Part shown: piece by piece, positions 27,025 through 40,279 of the stretch
Layout: each line of letters begins with the position of its first letter
How positions within the stretch are numbered: position 1 is the stretch's first letter
From: Haliotis rufescens
Lineage: Eukaryota
Direction of reading: 5' to 3'
Assembly: GCF_023055435.1 (NCBI RefSeq)
Contig: NW_025964372.1
Coordinates: 23,250,001 to 23,314,000 of the forward strand
Length of the DNA: 64,000 bases
Notes under the pieces: generated by a model
What the model was told of the DNA's origin: nothing
Seen by the model: the letters and a program-made list of their open reading frames with translations, nothing else
Database searches by the model: none
Translations under genes and position numbers: made by a program

Positions 27025-27289
27025 GACCCGTGAAGATCCGGGGTAGAATAGGTCTTCAGCAACCCATGTTTGTCGAAAAAGGCGATTATGCTTGTCGTAA
27101 AAGGCGACTAACGGGATCGTGTGGTCAGGCTCGCTGACTTTGTTGGTGCATATCATCGTATCCCAATTGCGTGGATCGATGCTCATGTTATCAATCACTG
27201 GATTGTGTGGTCCAGACTCGATTATTTACAGACCGCCGTCATATAGCTGGAATATTGCTGAGGGCGGCGTAAAACAAACACACGGACAA
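27025..27289 (+). mobile_element. Family B element, full length
   Basis: TSD acgaacgtg(a/g)atc (27012-27024/27290-27302). Confidence 0.92.
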
Positions 27290-30200
27290 ACGAACGTGGA
27301 TCTTTGAAAAGTTGTTGACATACTTAGTCTATCGAAACTAATCCAGATACAGTTCGATAAACATTAACAACCTTTTCTGAATATGATTATTATCATTATT
27401 CTGTTCCTTCAAAAGTCATTCAGCACGCCTGACTTCAGTCTCCGTTGTGCTCTTGAAGTAGGATTATATAAATACGACGATGCCATTGTGAACCTTCACG
27501 ATCGACATATTCGCACAAAATGTCAATTTCTTATAGGGTGCAAATAATAAAATGCGTCAGTTCAATGATTCTATTTTTGCAACATACACGCATTCTCACT
27601 CAGGACTATAGGATTCCCTCGTTCGTATCAACAAAGCATTGGTGGTCGATTTTCTCAAAACGCTTCAGCACAAACAATGTTGTAGTCACGTGCCTGCTGC
27701 CTAAGACAAACCACAACATCTTGAAACAGTAACTGTATGCATTCCTGTGTATTTAACAGCTTTAGTGGGTGTTCCGCAATCAATGAATCAACGGTGTGGC
27801 AGGTTGATGGCCTGTGTACATACAACACCTTCAGGTGCGCGTAAAAGAGGCATGAAAAACACCCATAACTATTTCCGTTTCCGGTTGCACTCTATGACCT
27901 TGATCATGGCACTAGTGCACATGTCTGACATGGTAATTGCCCAGATATAAACACAATATCTGAAAAACTCAAATCAATTTGTATGTTTCAACAGAGCTGG
28001 CGCACTTTCAATGTGCTATGATTCATTGTTGTGTTTTTTGAAAGAGTTCATTAGCTAGAATAGTTACTATAAGAAACTCTGTACGTACGACTATAACAGA
28101 CAGATGTGAGTATGGTTCTCACGGTCCCAATGCTGATAACTTGGTGTGTTTGAAGCTCTGGTAAACATCATTCCTTTGAAAATGTAATTTGTCATACAAT
28201 TTAACACAGGGATTGTGTATGGAGATTAGATGTTGTTTCAGCTGCAGCTGCAAAGCCAGAGAGTTTTCTTAATTAGAATTGTGATCCAAAATATATCTCT
28301 TTAGAAAAACACCAGCCATATATTATTTTGTCTGATAATTTCCTTTTTTTCAGCATTCTGAAGCACAATTATTTTTCTCAAAACTTTTTCCGGGGATAAT
28401 TTATATTTTTCGACAAAACAAGTTTTAGAAACATGTGACCTACGTTACCGTTAACAGTATCTAGTTTACCACATTTATTTAAGTTGTTAAGCTCACGCGA
28501 AATACCAGACAATCTCACGTTTTATTCCAGAGTATTGTTGTTGGCATGTCAATGTATTCAATGACAGTAGAGGTTCAATATGAAAATAATATTTGTCATA
28601 TTGACGTCACACGACGACTCGAGTTCGATTTCCACATTGATACATTGTATCTCATCCTTGGCGTTCCCGTTTTGATATTTCTGAAGAGGCGTTAAACAAT
28701 ACTCCTAATTCCCTTTGCATCGACAGAAGTCTGCCTATCAGTGTATTAATATCTGCTCGACATGTGATCATGATTTTCCCCAGACAAACCAACCACACAC
28801 ACAAGTGATGTCCAATCCTTACATATAACCCGTTAAGCCTCGCCAATCTGATTGGGTATGCTATTAGTGGGAATAAATTCGTGCTTAGCGTAGAGCCTTG
28901 TCTAGTTGATGTCCCTCAGCTCATTGTATATATCTAGCGCTACAATAATCAACATCAGACAGCAAGACAACCCTGAGCCCCGTTCTTTTTATCATGGATC
29001 ACATTTCAACCATGCGCCGAAACATAGTAGACCTACTGACAAGAATTCCTTTCACGACCGTCTGGTGAACTTGCCAGAGCAACATCGATGCAATCGTCTT
29101 ATTCGTGTTCATGATGGTCAAGCTGTTGCAGTAATCTGTCCATTGTGTGTCATTGTGGCAATTGGGGCTATATTTAGCGGTCATCCTAACAGACCACAGA
29201 TTATATTTGTTCAAAATCTCAGAGGATGCCACTTTTGCAAAGAAAGTCCCGAGCAATTGGCTCGGCGGTGTCCAGATCGCTGGCCTTGTTTGTATAGCGG
29301 CCCGATAGCCACCATGGAACATACCTAATTAGACCTGATTTTAGATGTGGATGATGAACCTTGACCGACTCGTGATTTCTACGCGATTGCGCCAGTTACG
29401 AACAGATCGCAAAGCTTTCAGCGGCAAGGACAACCCGTAACTGAATTACACGGGTCCAGGGGTTTCGTGCTCTACTTTTATTTAACGATTATTGTCGCCG
29501 AGCTTTGTTCAGCGAGTTCTGCATGACTCCATTGATTGCATTACAGGCTAAAATAACCGTATGGAATTCAATCAAGGGCTCATGATTTTTCTAAGCAAAT
29601 ACGTTCTTAATTATTCGTCTTAGACTTGCTTTGTAGTCCACTGGCACGGAGGACCACCCTTTCTATTGAAGCTGAATTGTCTTTGCCTTTCAATGTAGCA
29701 GGAGATATATGGTGGTCATTGATATTCGTCCCATGGATTCTCAGCGGCAAGCGTCTCATGCCTTAAAACGTTTAGAAGCGGGCAATAATTGCTTTTCATT
29801 TCGCAGAATTATGTTGCTTGAGCATGCGACAGAGCAATCGGCTGGGGTAACTCAGAGGAAATTGTATGTCTTAAGCCTGCGTTCTTCTGTTAGATTTTTA
29901 ACAATGGTACATGGTCTTGTGAATGTTTCGCATTTCATACACAGTTGATTTTTCCGTTGTTTGGGGAAATACGTTATACGCATTGTGTGGAATATGCATC
30001 CTGCGTGTGTGCTGAGTGTGAAATGCATACAATAAGCAGTATTAAACATTACGTTATTCTGTTCTGAGTTGTCATTACGCTTGAAAAGAGTTTTGTGCAG
30101 GCGTGTGTCATGCACACAATGTCCTTTTCGTTCAGATACTGTGGATGATGGTACCCGTCGTCTTAGGCGTTGCAATTGTCTGTACAGAGATGGGTCGTTT

Positions 30201-30667
30201 AGGCGTGCCAGAAACATATGATCGTGGGTTCGAATCCCAGATTCACACTGATGATGATTCCTCCCAGATTAAACTGACTTTTAATATAATTAAAATACTG
30301 TTCGAAGCGGTGTCTTGGCCATTTCGTTTAGATACTGATGGCGGATAATAACAAATTGGTGCTTTGAGTGTGCACGTTTTGTAAATTTACGTCATGTTTA
30401 GCTCACGTGGGATATGTTTTATGTGAATCTTGACATCATGTACGGGGTGGGCAGAAAGGTTGCGATATCTTTACTTTCTCACTCTACACCAACCCCTACA
30501 GGGCCCCATCCAGATTAAACCTACATTATCTGAACGTGTACTCTCACAGACACAACTGACATTTCATTCGCCCAGCAACGCGCTGAAGCACATCCACAGC
30601 CACGCAGCATCAGTATCAGCCATTCACTGCCACATCCATATTCGAACATCCAAATGATCTCATGTAC

Positions 30668-32120
30668 AACAACAACCACGTCACATCCACATTCACACCA
30701 ACATCCACAACCACATCACATCCACATTCACACCAACATCATCAACCACATCGCATCCTCATTCACACCCACATTAACAACCGTATCACATCCTCATTCT
30801 CATCAACATCCACAACCACATCACATCCACATTCACACCAACATCCACAACCACATCACATCCACATTCACACCAACATCCACAACCACATCACATCCAC
30901 ATTCACACCAACATCCACAACCACATCACATATACATTCACACCAACATCATTAACCACATCGTATCCTCATTCACACCCACATTAACAACCGTATCACA
31001 TCCTCATTCTCATCAACATCCACAACCACATCACATCCACATTCACACCAACATCCACAACCACATCACATCCACATTCACACCAACATCCACAACCACA
31101 TCCACATTCACACCAACATCCACAACCACATCACATCCACATTCACACCAACATCATCAACCACATCGCATCCACATTCACACCCACATTAACAACCGTA
31201 TCACATCCCCATTCTCATCAACATCCACAACCACATCACATTAACATTCACACCTACATCCACAACCACATCACATCCTCATTCACACCCACATTATCAA
31301 ACCACATCACATCCACATTCACACCAACATCCACAACCACATCACATCCACACCAACATCAACAACCACATCACATCCTCATTCTCACAAACATCCACAA
31401 CCACATCACATCCACATTCACACCAACATCCACAACCACATCACATCCACACCAACATCAGCAACCACATCACATCCTCATTCACACCAACATCAACAAC
31501 CACATCACATCAATATTCACACCTACATCCACAACCACATCACATCCACATCCACATTCACACCAACATCATCAACCACATCGCATCCTCCTTCACACCA
31601 ATATCCACAACCACGTCACATCCACATTCACACCAACATCAACAACCACATCACATCCTCATTCACAACAACATCAACAACCACATCACATCCACATTCA
31701 CACCAACATCCACAACCACATCACATCCTCATTCACACCAACATCCACAACCACGTCACAACCACATTCACACCAACATCCACAGCCACATCACATCCAC
31801 ATTCACACCCACATTAACAACCACATCACATCCTAATTCTCATCAACATCCACAACCACATCACATCCACATTCACACCTACATCCACAACCACATCACA
31901 TCCTCATTCACACCCACATTAACAACCACATCACATCCACATTCACACCTACATCCACAACCACATCACATCCACACCAACATCATCAACCACATCACAT
32001 CCTCATTCACACCAACATCAACAACCACATAACATCCTCATTCTCACAAACATCCACAACCACATCACATCCACATTCACACCTACATACACAACCACAT
32101 CACATCCACATTCTCACCAA
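30668..32120. repeat. C/A-rich ~35-bp minisatellite (CACATCCACATTCACACCAACATCCACAACCACAT)
   Basis: Directly visible; almost G-free on the + strand. Confidence 0.95.
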
Positions 32121-33432
32121 TCACTTCCACAACCACGTCCACAACCAGGTCCACACCTACATCAACAACCACGCCCACAACCACGTCAAAACCACATCCA
32201 CAACCACTTCCACAACCACGCCCACAAATAAGTCCAAAACCACATCCACAACCACTTCCACAACCACGTCCATACCCACGTCCATAATCACGTCCATATC
32301 AACGACCATAACCACGTCCACGCCCAATTCCACAACCACGCCCACAACCACGTCTACAGCCACGTCCATACCCACGTCCATACCCACGTCCATACCCACG
32401 TCCACAACCACGTCCATAATCACGTCCATACCCACGTCCACGCCCACTTCCATACCCACGTTCATAACCACGTCCACGTCCACGCCCACTTCCATAACAA
32501 CGTACACGCCCACTTCCATAACCACGTCCATTCCCACGTCAATACCCCCGTCCATAACCACGTCAACGCCCACGTCCACGCCCACTTCCATAACCATGTC
32601 CACGCCCATGTCAATAGCCACGTCCATAACCAATTCCATAACCACGTCCATAACTACATCCACGCCCACTTCCACAACCACGTCCATACCTACGTCCATA
32701 CCCACATCCATTACCACGTCTATACCCACGTCAATACCCACGTCCATAACCACGTCCATAACCACGTCCATAACCACGTCCGTACCCACGTCCATAACCA
32801 CGTCCATAACCACGTCCATAACCACGTCCATAACCACGTCCACGCCAAAGTCCATAACCACGTCCATAACCACGCTCATAGCCACGTCCGTACCCACGTC
32901 CATAACAACGTCCATAACCACGCCCATAGCCACGTCCGTACCCACGTCCATAACCACGTCCATACCCACGTCTGTAACCACGTCTGTAACCACGTCCATA
33001 AACAACGTCCATACCCACGTCCATAACCACGTCCATAACGACGTCCATAACCACGTCCATTACCACGTCCATGCCCACGTCATTAACCACGTCCATAACC
33101 ACGCTCATAGCCACGTCCGTACCCACGTCCATAACAACGTCCATAACCACGCCCATAGCCACGTCCGTACCCACGTCCATAACCACGTCCATAACCACGT
33201 CTGTAACCACGTCTGTAACCACGTCCATAAACAACGTCCATACCCACGTCCATAACCACGTCCATAACCACGTCCATACCCACGTCCATTACCACGTCCA
33301 TGCCCACGTCATTAACCACGTCCATAACCACGTTCATACCCACGTCCATACCCACGTCCATCACAACGTCCATAACCACGTCAATAACCACGTCCATACC
33401 CACGTCCATACCCACGTCCATAACCACTTCCA
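32121..33432. repeat. 12-bp minisatellite CCACGTCCATA(A/C)
   Basis: Directly visible; source of the TTSI/MDVV/GRGY ORFs. Confidence 0.95.
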
Positions 33433-34081
33433 TACATATGTTCCACATCCACATCTTCAAACGTACGTTCTCATCCAGCATCTCACACAACAGTAACCAA
33501 AACGAATACCACACCCAACATCCAGCCATACCACATTTAATTTGTTATCTCATACCTTATTCTTAAATACAACTTCAAAGATGGATCGCGCTTGTCACAA
33601 ATCACTGACAACTTCAGACTTTGCGAAACTCTTTTCAGACACACACTCGTTACTAAATTGCCATCCGAAGCTAAGACGGTCTGACGTTCACTGACTAATT
33701 CCGCCGTTATTCATCTTTGATATCAACTCAGACCCTTTGGTATTTCACTTTTTTCTCAATACTCCTCGTTCTATATCATACAAAACAAGTAATCTGTCCT
33801 GCACTTTCGCGTACGTCCGCCTATGATGGATTGTCCTTCAAACCTGCGCATGCAAGAGGTCAATACTGATTTATCCGACAAAAGAACATGTTGTTTTGAA
33901 CTATTAACATTTTTCAAGAATCGATTGTGCTTTTTGATGCAGTTTGTTGAACAAAGATATGTGTTGGAAAGGGCGGTATTTCACTGTCCCTTTGTCCCCC
34001 TCTGAAATGAAGGCAATTTGTCTGGGGAATCAAAGAAAGGGAAATGGGGAAGAATGTTGATCGAATCCGTTCTGGGAGTTT

Positions 34082-34582
34082 CATCTTCCCGAGGCAAGAG
34101 AGTTAACTGACTATAAAAGTCCAGTTTCCACCCTTGCCGAACTAGGCTGGTATTATGGAGTTAGAATTTGGCTGGACTAACGAGTCTATGCATAGTCCAA
34201 TAAAAATCGCGCAATGATTGCAGGATTTGCAAAGCATGTGCACCGCCAACTCGTTGTCAACCGATATTTTCCAAATCTTTTCATGTTTTTATCAAGGTGC
34301 TCAAGTGGTTTGATGCTCTTCGCGAAAGACCCGTTTGATCACAATATAGATATTGATTATCGATCAGATCGTCTTGACTGGGCGCCGCCATTTTGTTTGA
34401 AGCAAATACAAGTGACACTGAGAGATGGAAACTGATTGGTCCATAGGAGAGGCATAGAAGGGACATACCTCGTTATAACCACCGATGGCGCTACGATCGA
34501 GCCCAGGAATTCCAGTCTAGTTCGGCAAGGGTGGAAACTGGACTTTTAAAAAGTCAGTTAACTCTCTTGCGTCGGGAAGATG
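34082..34582. mobile_element. MITE with ~70-bp TIRs, CAT...ATG termini and 8-bp TSD (P- or hAT-superfamily)
   Basis: catcttcccgaggcaagagagttaactgact..gaactaggctgg is inverse to ccagtctagttcgg..gggaagatg; TSD gggagttt at 34074-34081 and 34583-34590. Confidence 0.9.
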
Positions 34583-34683
34583 GGGAGTTTTGGAACGAGG
34601 TCTCCCAATATTAATTTTCTTTCACCGCTCAAATGTTTGAAGAGTAGATGTGGGCTAAAACACTCAGGTAGGGCCAAGAACTG

Positions 34684-36157
34684 TATTAGTGACAGTGTCG
34701 GTGACAATAGTATTGACAGTATTAGCGACAGTGTCGGTGACAGTATCAGTGACAGTGTCGGTGACAGTATTAGTGACAGTGTCGGTGACAGTATCCGTTA
34801 AAACGTATCGGGGATAGTATTAGTGACAGTATTAGTGACAGTGTCGGTGACAGTATTAGTGACAGTGTTGGTGACAGGGAGATGGGGAGTTTTGGAACGA
34901 GGTCTCCAGATTAGTATTAGTGACAGTATCAGTGACACTATTAGTGACAGTGTCGGTGACAATATCAGTGACAGTGTTGGTGACAGGAAGATGGGGAGTT
35001 TTGGAACGAGGTCTCCCAATTAGTATTAGTGACAGTATCAGTGACACTATTAGTGACAGTGTCGGTGACAGTATCAGTGACAGTGTCGGTGACAGTGTTG
35101 GTGACAGGAAGATGGGGAGTTTTGGAACGAGGTCTCCCAATATTAATTTTCTTTCACCGCTCAAATGTTTGAAGAGTAGATGTGGGCTAAAGGTAGGGCC
35201 ATGAACTGTATTAGTGACAGTGTCGGTGACAATAGTATTGACAGTATTAGCGACAGTGTCGGTGACAGTATTTGTGACAGTGTTAATGACAGTATTGGTG
35301 ACAGTATTTGTAACAGTAATAGTGACATTGTCGGTGACAGTATTAGTGACAGTGACGGTGACAGTATCCGTTAAAACGTATCGGGGATAGTATTAGTGAC
35401 AGTATCAGTGACAGTATTAGTGACAGTGTCGGTGACAGTATTAGTGACAGTGTTGGTGACAGTATCAGTGACAGTTTTAGTGACAGTATCGGTGACAATA
35501 TTGGTGACAGTGTCGGTGACAGTACCAGTGACAGTATTAGTAACAGTGTGAGTAACAGTGTCGGTGACAGTATCAGTGACAGTATTAGTGACAGTGTCGG
35601 TGACAGTATCAGTGACACTATTAGTGACAGTGTCGGTGACAGTATTAGTGACAGTGTCGGTGACAGTATCCGTTAAAACGTATCGGGGATAGTATTAGTG
35701 ACAGTATAAGTGACAGTGTCGGTGACAGTATTAGTGACAGTGTTGGTGACAGTATCAGTGACAGTATCAGTGACAGTATTAGTGACAGTGTCGGTGACAG
35801 TATCAGTGGCACTATTAGTGACAGTGTCGGTGTCAGTATTAGTGACAGTGTCGGTGACAGTATCCGTTTAAACGTATCGGGGATAGTATTAGTGACAGTA
35901 TCAGTTACAGTACTAGTGACAGTGTCGGTGACAGTATTAGTAGCAGTGTTGGTGACAGTATCAGTGACAGTATTAGTGACAGTGTCGGTGACAGTATCAG
36001 TGACACTATTAGTGACAGTGTCGGTGACAATATTGGTGACAGTGACAGTGTCTGTGACAATATTAGTGACAGTATCGGTGACAGTATTAGTGACAGTGTC
36101 GTTGACAGTGTTGGTAAGAGTGTCGGTGACAAGTGTCGGTGATAGTGTTAGTGACAA
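34684..36157. repeat. 12-bp minisatellite GTGACAGT(ATTA/GTCG/ATCA) with captured unique segments
   Basis: Directly visible; interrupted by recurring ccgttaaaacgtatcggggata and ggaagatggggagttttggaacgaggtctcc. Confidence 0.95.
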
Positions 36158-37493
36158 TATCAAGTACATAATACCGGTTTTAGTCACAGTGGTAGAGTTA
36201 GTCATATGACAATATCATTGTCAAGTCGTTTAGCTTCTACAATAGTGAAAAGTGGGTGGAAAGGGCTATATATAGCTGTTTATCGGCTTTTTGTTCACAG
36301 GTATCAGTATTTTCAGTCATACCCAATCTGAACTGTACTGGGCATGGAAATAATATGATCTTGGACTTAATCAAAATAAACTTCGATTGGTTTTTGTGGA
36401 TCATTACGTCAATGTTTGTTTGACTTAATAGATAATAGAATACTTTAGAGTTAGTGAATCTGTCCAAAGTTTCTTTTAACAAGCATTTATATTGCTTTTT
36501 ATACCGTCTAGTTTTGATTTTTGTCAAAAAGAAAACCGTTTGATTTGACGTATTTTGGCTTGTTGACAGACTCACGACATATTGATCTCGACAGCAGCAA
36601 TCTGAAATATATACTTTGAACCCGACTGTGATGTCATTCTTTTATTCTCGGATGTTGACGGGTTGATGAAACATGGGAGGTAGTTCTTTGATGTTGAGTT
36701 TGTGGAGTACTTTTACCATCTGTAATCTCTCTGACATCTCACCGGCTGTAACTAATAGATTAGCCGAAACAACGTCTGTTACCTTGTCAAAACATATTTA
36801 TTTGTCTGTCATGGTGTTTAGAAAAGTAAACGAAATGTACTCTTTCGAACTATCGAAGGTGTTTTTAGAACTAGGAGTTAATAAAAATAGATTACATATT
36901 GTTTTTTTACAAAAAGATCATTGACGTGTATTCTTTTGGTCAAACTGCAATACACTCTATAAACTCCTTATTCCGGAAGTACCGATCTAGTGAAATTCTC
37001 CAGGTTCAGGTTTTCTCGAACCAGTCATAGGTCTGACTAGGGTCCTGTCTACCTGAACGAGTAGACAGACAGTGACCGATGTCTCGTAAGCTGCGATTGG
37101 ATAACACTAAACATGGCATTAGTTGGTCTTCGGTAACTAATGAAGACGAAGAGCCGTCTACGTGAAGTTTGTGTTGTGAAACTGCTTTCGCAAATACTTC
37201 AATACATCAATATGTTCGAAAAAAATAACTCAACAGAACAGTTTGATATAATTATTATCGCCCCAAAACAAACTCGACTCGTAGACTTGTGCACTTGATG
37301 GCGTTCGTAATTAAGGACGTTACGCATGCGGACATTCATGAATAACCGGATTAATTTGTGTATTTAAATTTTCTTCTGTTGATCTTTACACGGCTTGTAG
37401 AGGTCACTGCTTTACAAAGAGGTGATGACAACTTGGCCAAAATTCGGTGAAGTTACTTTTATACCAATGCAATATTTCAAAGTTGCCAGAATG

Positions 37494-37650
37494 TTTTATG
37501 GATAACAACGTCTTTATTTTACTGTAATGCGACGTTTCGGTATATATTCCTATTCCGTTGTCACTCAATTTAAGACTGCCAGTATTACGGTATAAGTTGT
37601 TATCCATAAAAGAGTTTTGTCTACTTTGTCATCCGTCAACTTCTAAGAAA
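37494..37650 (-). mobile_element. Inverted Penelope pLTR-like remnant with a minimal hammerhead-like motif
   Basis: Inverted repeat ttttatggataacaac/gttgttatccataaaa; the minus strand reads gtgacaacggaataggaatatataccgaaacgtcgc..aataaa. Confidence 0.5.
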
Positions 37651-37699
37651 TTCCGATCGTAAAGTATAATAATAAAGTAGCATCTTGTGAGCTTTTTTG

Positions 37700-38015
37700 T
37701 ATCCTGAGAGTATAATGCCCCACTGGTGGCACCTGTCGCATGCACATGCAAAGCCATGTCAATTGATCACATGAAAGAGCCACGGGAACATATGGTTCAA
37801 GTCAAAATAGGGCAAATAGGGACATGATTTTGGTTACCGATGTGTCACATTTCGAAATACCGCCCACGTGTCTACCATAAAACGTTTTGAAACTTTTACT
37901 GAGGCATTGAATATTGTAACTTTGATCAAGCAACTTTTGAGCACGAGTCGAATGACGCTGTGTGAAATCTTTATGAAACACATGAGCACGGGGATGGTGC
38001 TGACCAACAAAGAAC
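37700..38015 (-). mobile_element. Penelope-like (Naiad-type) RT C-terminus plus motif E
   Basis: Minus-strand HKDFTQRHSTRAQKLLDQSYNIQCLSKSFKTFYGRH. Confidence 0.75.
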
Positions 38016-39678
38016 CATGATTAGTGAGAATCTGGGTTCCCCACGATCCCATTTTCATTAAAATCAGATCTCAGTTTTCGCTACCGCTACACAGAGATCT
38101 GAGGACATCCTATTACGGGTCACGACAGTGCGACCTTTCGCGAACTTTGGCCGACCAATGAAATGACTAACAAGAAGTCGACATCAGCCAATCAGAAAGC
38201 AGCTTTCTCGAGCTTTGTGTCCAACTGGCGACTTCCCATTTTAGACTACGCTTGAAAAATATGTTGACAAAGTTCTCGGGTTTAAATGATAACCCCAATT
38301 TGTTAAACTCTCTCTTTGTATCACCCCTGCCATCCTATTCCTGGAATAGATATACCCAATACCCCCTATATCACACATTAAGTCATAGTCGTGTCAATAA
38401 GTAATCCTTTCTTACATTTCTACCCCTGGGTTGGCATAGGTTTGAGGCATGTACTATTGAACTGCTTCTGGTAAATGAAATCCTTTCATAGTCAATATCT
38501 AGTCTGTGAAGAGTTTTTACATAAAACATCAGCGTAATTTCATTTTGCAGATGGACTGTCATAATAAAAATATCAGCATTATTTCTTTTGCAGAAATCTG
38601 TTTCTACTATGACCAAGCTTCGTTACAATGTTTTTTCTTAGCCAAACCACTGCATCTGGAAATAAAGAAAACTCGCGCTGCAACAAAACAATATTCTGAA
38701 GATTTTTTTTTGTGCAGGACGTCGTTTCCAATATGATAGTTTCAAGAACGTTAATATTTTTTCAGTTTTTGTAAAAAAAAATGTGTGCCAAATCTTCAAT
38801 GTTCCACCAACTTTATACAGTCAGAATTATTAAAAGCAAACCACCCTGTCAAACGGTTCATCAATATCTGTGGCAATTTGTAATAAAAATCTTAAATCGT
38901 TCCAATCACTATGCACATAACGAAGAATCCACAAACTCCAGAGGCTTCAGACTGTTAATAATCTTTTCAAGTATTAAACTTGTCCACAGTGACCCGGATG
39001 TCAGAGGGAATAGAAGTCACTCTCAAGTTATTTTCTCTGTTGAGTATAACCCAGCGAGACTGCCTGACTACATGGGGGTTGTTTAAGTGTCCCCGAGACC
39101 GATATTGCCCCCTGTTAGGCAATACTTAAATAAATGTAAATTAATTTTACAACCCTCCATGAACTCACTCGGGGAATATCTTGTTAAATACGTTTCTTTA
39201 CTTGTAAGCTGTCTAATTTAATTTCATTTGTGTTTTGGCAAGATCCCAGAATGTCTTGATGTTAACACAAGTCAGTATTTACAGACCTTCTCTGTCGAGA
39301 GGGGCGGGCGGGAAGCCTGGTGGTTAAAGCGTTTTGCTTGTCACCAAACACGGAAAACATTCGTTACATCCGAAAAAGCCTTATTAAACCCCCTAACACC
39401 CGGTGAGATCATCACTGATTTTCAGTAGTCCATTTATAAAATTGTTTTGTTGTTTACGCCCATTTGAATCGTTTTGGGCGGATAACCGAGGCTGATCATT
39501 CTCTTGGCTTTGACGTTTTGCAGGCGCGTTTTACATTATACCCTTGTTTTAGGATCGAATTTCCGTTCGTTACAATTTCATGTTGTATATCCGGGGACTG
39601 AACTACAGTACATTCCTTCTGCAGAAAACACGTAATGACCAGCCTTGATTAACCTCAATTATATAAATGCATAATGTT

Positions 39679-40100
39679 TATATAACAAATGTCATATTTG
39701 GGATAACACTTCCTTAGTAAAGGCACCTAATCTGGAGAGGCACATAATCGCCAGCACAAAAAGTCAGCTATCTAACCCTCTCAGCGACCGGGTCATCCAC
39801 AAAATGAAAGTCCGACAACTGGTAGTCTAGATCTCGTACTTTGTGTACCCCTCTGACAAGTGTCAATTGGCACGGCTCCCGTGGCCGAAAGCTATGAAAG
39901 CCTCTATAGAAGCCTTTGTGGCTGAGTGCTTTAGATCGCTGACTTTGTGTGCTCGCGATTAGGTGCCTCACTCTGGCAGTGTGGGTTGGAATCCCGGACA
40001 GGACTCCACTCCAAAAGAATTCTAAAATCTCTACTTTACTCAGAAAGCGTTATCCCAAATATAACATTTGTTACATATGACCACTTTCTAAATGGCATTG
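39679..40100. mobile_element. Foldback element containing a tRNA-like Pol III head and its antisense copy
   Basis: ~43-bp outer inverted repeats; 39721-39790 is inverse to 39915-39968; A box tggctgagtg and B box ggttggaatcc. Confidence 0.7.
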
Positions 40101-40279
40101 TGTATACATAATTTTCATGTATGCGACACATTGTCATACATTTTAAAAATATGAATTGTTTGATTCTGTTAGTAATCATTGTTGTCTTCATCTCACAATA
40201 TTCTTTTTAGATAAAATATGTAACTTACCAATAGGAGTTATATCCCTTTGAGTCTGACAGTTGTCTCCCTTTGTTGCAG

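Noticed and set aside
30654-33566. Mucin-like Thr/Ser/His-rich and GRGY ORFs
   Set aside because: Frame-breaking indels between units and ORFs in many frames indicate non-coding repeats.
34580-36209. SDSVG/TVTD repeat ORFs
   Set aside because: Translation of the 12-bp array.
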